Positions 15,513-15,766 of a stretch of 15,766 bases of DNA are shown here, piece after piece. Within the stretch, counting starts at the first letter, position 1. Each line of letters starts with the position of its first letter. This DNA comes from Elusimicrobiota bacterium (GTDB lineage: Bacteria; Elusimicrobiota; Elusimicrobia; Elusimicrobiales; UBA9959): the NCBI GenBank assembly GCA_037137395.1, contig JBAXKK010000064.1:1-15766 (forward strand), in the 5' to 3' direction. The notes below the pieces were generated by a model that saw only the letters and a list, made by a program, of their open reading frames with translations, did not search any database and was not told the origin of the DNA. Both the position numbers and the translations under genes were made by a program.

Positions 15513-15592
15513 GCCATAGGCCGTAAGCAAAAAAGACCTGCTATACGCTTTAGGCTATAGGCCGTAGGCAGAAAGGCAGCCATACGCTTTAA
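15513..15592. repeat. Degenerate heptamer tandem repeats
   Basis: gccatag gccgtaa ... gctatac gctttag gctatag gccgtag gcagaaa .. gccatac gctttaa; same family as positions 10-55. Confidence 0.8.
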
Positions 15593-15595
15593 CCC

Positions 15596-15660
15596 GAATC
15601 CTGCAGTTCAGAATGATTCCCATAGAGAAATCAGTGGAACAAAATTATTCTGCAGGATTC
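15596..15660. repeat. 11-bp perfect inverted repeat enclosing 43 bp
   Basis: gaatcctgcag (15596-15606) and ctgcaggattc (15650-15660). Confidence 0.6.
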
Positions 15661-15766
15661 CCCGCGAAGCGGGCGGAGGGCCAAGCGCTATGCGCGACAG
15701 GCCCGACGGGGTGTATTCCTCCCGAAGGGCGCCAGTTATACGGGCGGAAAACTTCAACTGAAGTTT

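Overview
Bacterial chromosomal window from a diderm. Elusimicrobiota-like origin is my inference from the style of the Skp and TTYYPAPYG proteins and is not verified. Left, minus strand: a housekeeping outer-membrane operon, bamA-skp/ompH-lpxD. Middle, plus strand: a PIN-PhoH (PhoH2) gene, a secreted RNase Sa/barnase-family nuclease, its barstar inhibitor and a secreted alpha/beta hydrolase, separated by strongly palindromic or REP-like intergenic DNA. Right, plus strand, about 8.6-15.5 kb: a probable single operon of two tandem paralogous exported proteins (conserved N-terminus, divergent Cys-bounded C-terminus), then hxsD, hxsB (radical SAM/SPASM), a second hxsD-like gene, an hxsC-like radical SAM, an archaeal-type (FlaK/EppA-like) A24 prepilin peptidase and another HxsC-like radical SAM. 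No His-Xaa-Ser repeat precursor (HxsA) is visible. The best candidate for an undescribed system is this HxsA-less, three-radical-SAM locus with an embedded prepilin-type peptidase and candidate surface-protein substrates. Degenerate 7-bp tandem repeats occur in four intergenic regions, including both window ends.
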